Shown: positions 61,251-64,000 of the stretch, piece after piece
How positions within the stretch are numbered: position 1 is the first letter of the stretch
How the letters are laid out: the number at the start of each line of letters is the position of its first letter
Assembly (NCBI GenBank): GCA_030684405.1
Contig: JAUXYA010000031.1
Location: 5,483-69,482 of the forward strand
Source of the DNA: Burkholderiales bacterium
Lineage (GTDB): Bacteria; Pseudomonadota; Gammaproteobacteria; Burkholderiales; SG8-41
Reading direction: 5' to 3'
Length of the DNA stretch: 64,000 bases
Translations under genes and position numbers: made by a program
The notes under the pieces: generated by a model
The model's database searches: none
Told to the model about the DNA's origin: nothing
The model's input: the letters and a program-made list of their open reading frames with translations, nothing else

Positions 61251-61891
61251 ATGAACGCTCCGATCAACTGGCATATCGAGTTTGCGAACATTATTAATTG
61301 CTCCCGTTGCTCGGTCACAACGGACGGTAATTTGCTACGCGACTCTGACGAGAACGTCCCGCAGCCTGGATACATTGGGAAGAATTACAACACCGCTCGG
61401 GTTTTACTTGTCGGTCAGAATCCCGGCACGCCCAAGTCGTTGGACAAAAAAGACCTTTCATACACCGCCGCGCTCCGTGCCCTTCGCGACGAACCAACTT
61501 CAGAACGCTATGCACAACTTACAGCAGTTCTTGATGCGTTTATTCCCCAATGGCCTGTGCACGGCCACTACTTTCCTATCTCTGAATGTGGACTGACTTT
61601 GCAAGATATCGCTTACTGCAATATTGTTCGCTGCCGCACGAGAAAAGACAAAGTGCCAAATACCAGAATAGCTGAACAGTGCGTCAACGAACACTTTGCC
61701 AGATGGCTGCGTATTCTTGCGCCCAGAGTTGTGGTTTTTATCGGTAAGTGGGCATCAAAACGGGGGCAACTATCGTAGCTGAAGCTAATATCCCACATGC
61801 TTTCATGAATCGCCAGCGCAGCCTCTCCTCCGCTGAGCGCCTTACAAATCGCTCAACTGTCGTCTCTCTGGTTCGGCAGTGTCGTGGCTAA
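61251..61891 (+). pseudogene. family-4-like uracil-DNA glycosylase superfamily gene, apparently frameshifted at a G5 run
   Basis: Lower GC than its surroundings. CSRC...LLVGQNPG...YCNIVRCR...C...VVVFIGKWA resembles the family-4 UDG layout. The ORF stops at 61778, but adding one G to GGGGG (61762-61766) continues it in frame as ...GATIVAEANIPHAFMNRQR... to a TAA at 61889-61891. Confidence 0.5.
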
Positions 61892-61907
61892 GTTACTTAA
61901 ATAACCG

Positions 61908-62063
61908 CTAAGCACTATCCCGAAGCAATAAACCTTTTAGGTATTCCCCCTCCGGAAAATTCAGCGCTACCGAATGATCCGCCGAGGCATGCAACCAGCC
62001 TTCGATGCGCGCCTCCACCCCGGCGTCGAGCGCCGCGCCGGCGACGATTTTCTGGAACAGGTC
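61908..62063 (-). pseudogene. duplicated 3'-terminal fragment of rlmI
   Basis: Encodes DLFQKIVAGAALDAGVEARIEGWLHASADHSVALNFPEGEYLKGLLLRDSA*. It is colinear (offset 795 bp, no indels) with the last 51 codons of rlmI at 62703-62858. Confidence 0.8.
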
Positions 62064-62124
62064 AGATTGTTCGAGCAGTCGGACAGCCTGTTGCAAGGGT
62101 CTGTTTCCGTAGCTACAATAACCT

Positions 62125-62400
62125 ATGGCAGTCACCTTCGATCCGAAAAAGCGCGCGGCCACCCTTGCTGAACGCGGCCTCGATTTCAAGGACGCCACAC
62201 TGGTGTTTTCAGGGACGACTTTTGAAGTCGAGGACAAGCGAAGGAACTACGGTGAAACCCGAATCATTTGCTTCGGTTTTCTACGCGGAAGGATCGTTGT
62301 CGTTGGCTATACACCGCGTGGCGCGGATCGTCACGTCTTCAGCATGAGGAAAGCAAATGACCGCGAAAAAGCGCGTCTCGCGACACTCCTTGGGCTCTGA
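62125..62400 (+). CDS. brnT: BrnT-family (DUF497) toxin
   Basis: 91 aa: FDPKKRAATLAERGLDFKDA...ETRIICFGFLRGRIVVVGYTPRG..RHVFSMRKAN. Confidence 0.85.
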   Translation: MAVTFDPKKRAATLAERGLDFKDATLVFSGTTFEVEDKRRNYGETRIICFGFLRGRIVVVGYTPRGADRHVFSMRKANDREKARLATLLGL

Positions 62401-62638
62401 CCTGAAGCGCGTGGACGCCCACGTCATTCAGCGGCACGAGTACGACGAACTGCCGGAGCTGACGGATGACATGCTCGCCCGCGGCAAGATCAACAAAGGG
62501 GGGCGTCCCCGCTCTGCAAATCCGAGAAAACTCATATCCATCCGCTTGCCCGAGAGCGTCATCGAGCGCTGGCGCGCGACGGGGCCGGGCTGGCAAACGC
62601 GCATGGCGGACCGGCTAGCCAAGACACCGCCAAAGTGA
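62357..62638 (+). CDS. brnA: BrnA-family antitoxin
   Basis: 93 aa with AGGAAA SD. ...LPELTDDML...GRP....K.LISIRLPESVIERWRATGPGWQTRM is typical of BrnA/DUF4415. Overlaps brnT by 44 nt. Confidence 0.8.
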   Translation: MTAKKRVSRHSLGSDLKRVDAHVIQRHEYDELPELTDDMLARGKINKGGRPRSANPRKLISIRLPESVIERWRATGPGWQTRMADRLAKTPPK

Positions 62639-62702
62639 AACCTGGCCACGCGGCAGTGCACCGGACGCCCGCAGGAGCAATCCGCGCGGGTGACTGCAAA
62701 CG

Positions 62703-63884
62703 CTAAACCCCGACCCGCAACACCAAGCCCTTCAGATACTCCCCCTCCGGAAAATTCAGCACCACCGGATGGTCCGCCGAAGCATGCAGCCAGCCTTCGA
62801 TGCGCGCATCGACCCCGGCATCCAGCGCCGCGCCGGCGACGATTTTCTGGAACAGGTCCGGGCTGACGCCACCGGAGCAGGAATAGGTCATCAGCAGGCC
62901 GCCGGGATTGAGCAGCTTGAAGCCGAGCAGGTTGATGTCCTTGTAGGCGCGCGCGGCCTTTTCGGCATGGGCGGCGGTCGGCGCGAGTTTCGGCGGGTCG
63001 AGCACGATGATGTCGAACTTGCGGCCGCCGTCGCGGAAGCTGCGCAGGGTCTTGAACACGTCGGCTTCGAGCCATTCCGCTGTTTGCCCGTCACCCGGCA
63101 GCTTGTTGCGCCCGGCATTGGCCTTTGCCGCCGCCAGGGCCGGGCCTGAGCTGTCGATCGCGGTGACTGACTTTGCACCGCCGGCCAGCGCGTTCAGCGC
63201 GAAACCGCCGCAGTAGCAGAAACAGTCGAGCACGGTCCTGTCACTGGCGAGCCCTCGCAGCAGCAGGCGGTTGTCGCGCTGGTCGAGGTAGAAGCCGGTC
63301 TTGTGGCCCTGTTCGGCGTCCACCGCGAATTCGAGGCCGTGTTCGCGCACCGACAGCGGGCCCGCCGCGGGCTCGCCGCGCAGCAGGCCGGACTGCGGCG
63401 GCAAACCTTCCAGTTCGCGCACGTCGGCATCCGAACGCTCGATCACGCGCGCGACACCGGGCAGCGCCACCAGCGCATCGGCAATCGCGCCGCGCCAGCG
63501 TTCGGCGCCGGCGCTGAGCAATTGAACGACCACGGTGTCGCCGTAACGGTCGGCGACGACGCCGGGCAGGCCGTCGGATTCACCATGCACCAGGCGCGTG
63601 CCTTCGCCGGCGGAAACACTGCGCGCTGCCGCCGCGCGCGCGACGCGTTGCGCAAAAAACCCGGCGTCGATGTCGCCCGCGGTCCACGACCAGACGCGGG
63701 CGCGGATCTGCGATTCCGGGCTGTACGCGGCGACCGCGAGGAAGGCACCGTCGGCGGAACGCACTTCGACGGTATCGCCGAGCTGCGGCTTGCCTTCGAC
63801 TTTCGCGATGGCCCCGGAGAATACCCAGGGATGCCGGCGTTTCAGCGATTTCTCGCGGCCGGGTTTGAGTATGAGTCGATGCAA
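62703..63884 (-). CDS. rlmI: 23S rRNA m5C methyltransferase RlmI-like
   Basis: (M)HRLILKPGREKSLKRRHPWVFSGAI matches the start recalled for RlmI. SAM motif VLDCFCYCGGF and DPPK. Start placed at TTG 63884, which has an AAAGG SD. The longest ORF starts at TTG 63953. Confidence 0.85.
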   Translation of the reverse strand: MHRLILKPGREKSLKRRHPWVFSGAIAKVEGKPQLGDTVEVRSADGAFLAVAAYSPESQIRARVWSWTAGDIDAGFFAQRVARAAAARSVSAGEGTRLVHGESDGLPGVVADRYGDTVVVQLLSAGAERWRGAIADALVALPGVARVIERSDADVRELEGLPPQSGLLRGEPAAGPLSVREHGLEFAVDAEQGHKTGFYLDQRDNRLLLRGLASDRTVLDCFCYCGGFALNALAGGAKSVTAIDSSGPALAAAKANAGRNKLPGDGQTAEWLEADVFKTLRSFRDGGRKFDIIVLDPPKLAPTAAHAEKAARAYKDINLLGFKLLNPGGLLMTYSCSGGVSPDLFQKIVAGAALDAGVDARIEGWLHASADHPVVLNFPEGEYLKGLVLRVGV

Positions 63885-63964
63885 TTCAAAAACCTTTCTT
63901 GTCCCTCTGTCCGCATAAGTGGGGCGGTGTCGACTTTTCAGGCCGCATGACAAAAAGCCTTTGG

Positions 63965-64000
63965 CCGCCCCTCACCCCAACCCTCTCCCCCAAAGCTTTG
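63965..64000. repeat. GC-rich REP-like element, truncated by window end
   Basis: CCCCTCACCCCAACCCTCTCCCCCAAAGCTTTG is the reverse-complement word set of the element at 10362-10401. Confidence 0.5.

Noticed and set aside
61908-62237. 109-aa minus-strand ORF as an independent gene
   Set aside because: Its first 58 codons are non-homologous and partly antisense to brnT. Only the last 51 codons are meaningful, as a duplicated rlmI tail. It is called a pseudogene fragment instead.
61244-62702. Search for an integrase, transposase, tRNA or terminal inverted repeats that would define a mobile element around the UDG and brnTA patch
   Set aside because: None found on either strand. Only the 156-bp direct duplication supports mobility, so no mobile_element feature is called.

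Overview
High-GC (roughly 65%) chromosomal window. Gene content and order look like a sulfur-oxidising betaproteobacterium; this taxonomic guess is inference only. About 70 protein genes are tightly packed and most are housekeeping. No rRNA, tRNA, CRISPR array, integrase or transposase was recognised. Gene order, left to right: (1) a partial sox cluster (soxX-soxY-soxZ, then soxA, minus strand) followed by an IorAB-like molybdoenzyme. (2) mtgA-aroE, a TonB-like gene, an RNase II-family gene, yqiA, an amidase and mpl. (3) A degenerate CobW-like gene, an ATP-grasp gene and a methyltransferase, then ndh. (4) metH translationally coupled to a CPBP protease and a PhyH dioxygenase. (5) A rhodanese, an MFS exporter, yifB/comM and ubiK. 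(6) A sigma54/NtrC-type porin-glnK-amtB operon. (7) gshA-gshB, then EIIA(Man)-HPr-ptsI. (8) metXW with a structured leader. (9) ampG-xthA, pyrE and gatCAB, divergent from mreBCD-mrdA-rodA-rlpA. (10) A long co-directional metal block on the minus strand: zur, ZIP transporter, an orphan CobW C-domain, a MacB-type ABC transporter, three small periplasmic proteins, a TonB-dependent receptor, tonB, then hslVU, DUF2946 and PCuAC. (11) A small lower-GC accessory patch holding a frameshifted UDG-like gene and a brnT/brnA toxin-antitoxin pair, bracketed by a 156-bp direct duplication of the rlmI 3' end. The least ordinary signals are: four intergenic elements built from 7-nt units that mostly begin with TGA/TAA, including a perfect (TGAGCGG)x11 array between hslV and hslU, each within 30 nt of the downstream start codon; the Zur-linked multi-route metal uptake array with its TTGCAAC-N3-GTTGCAA palindromes; a recurrent AT-rich leader motif; a SoxY lacking the canonical GGCGG C-terminus; and the brnTA cassette. 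All functional calls rest on motif-level recognition of the translated ORFs. No database search was run.
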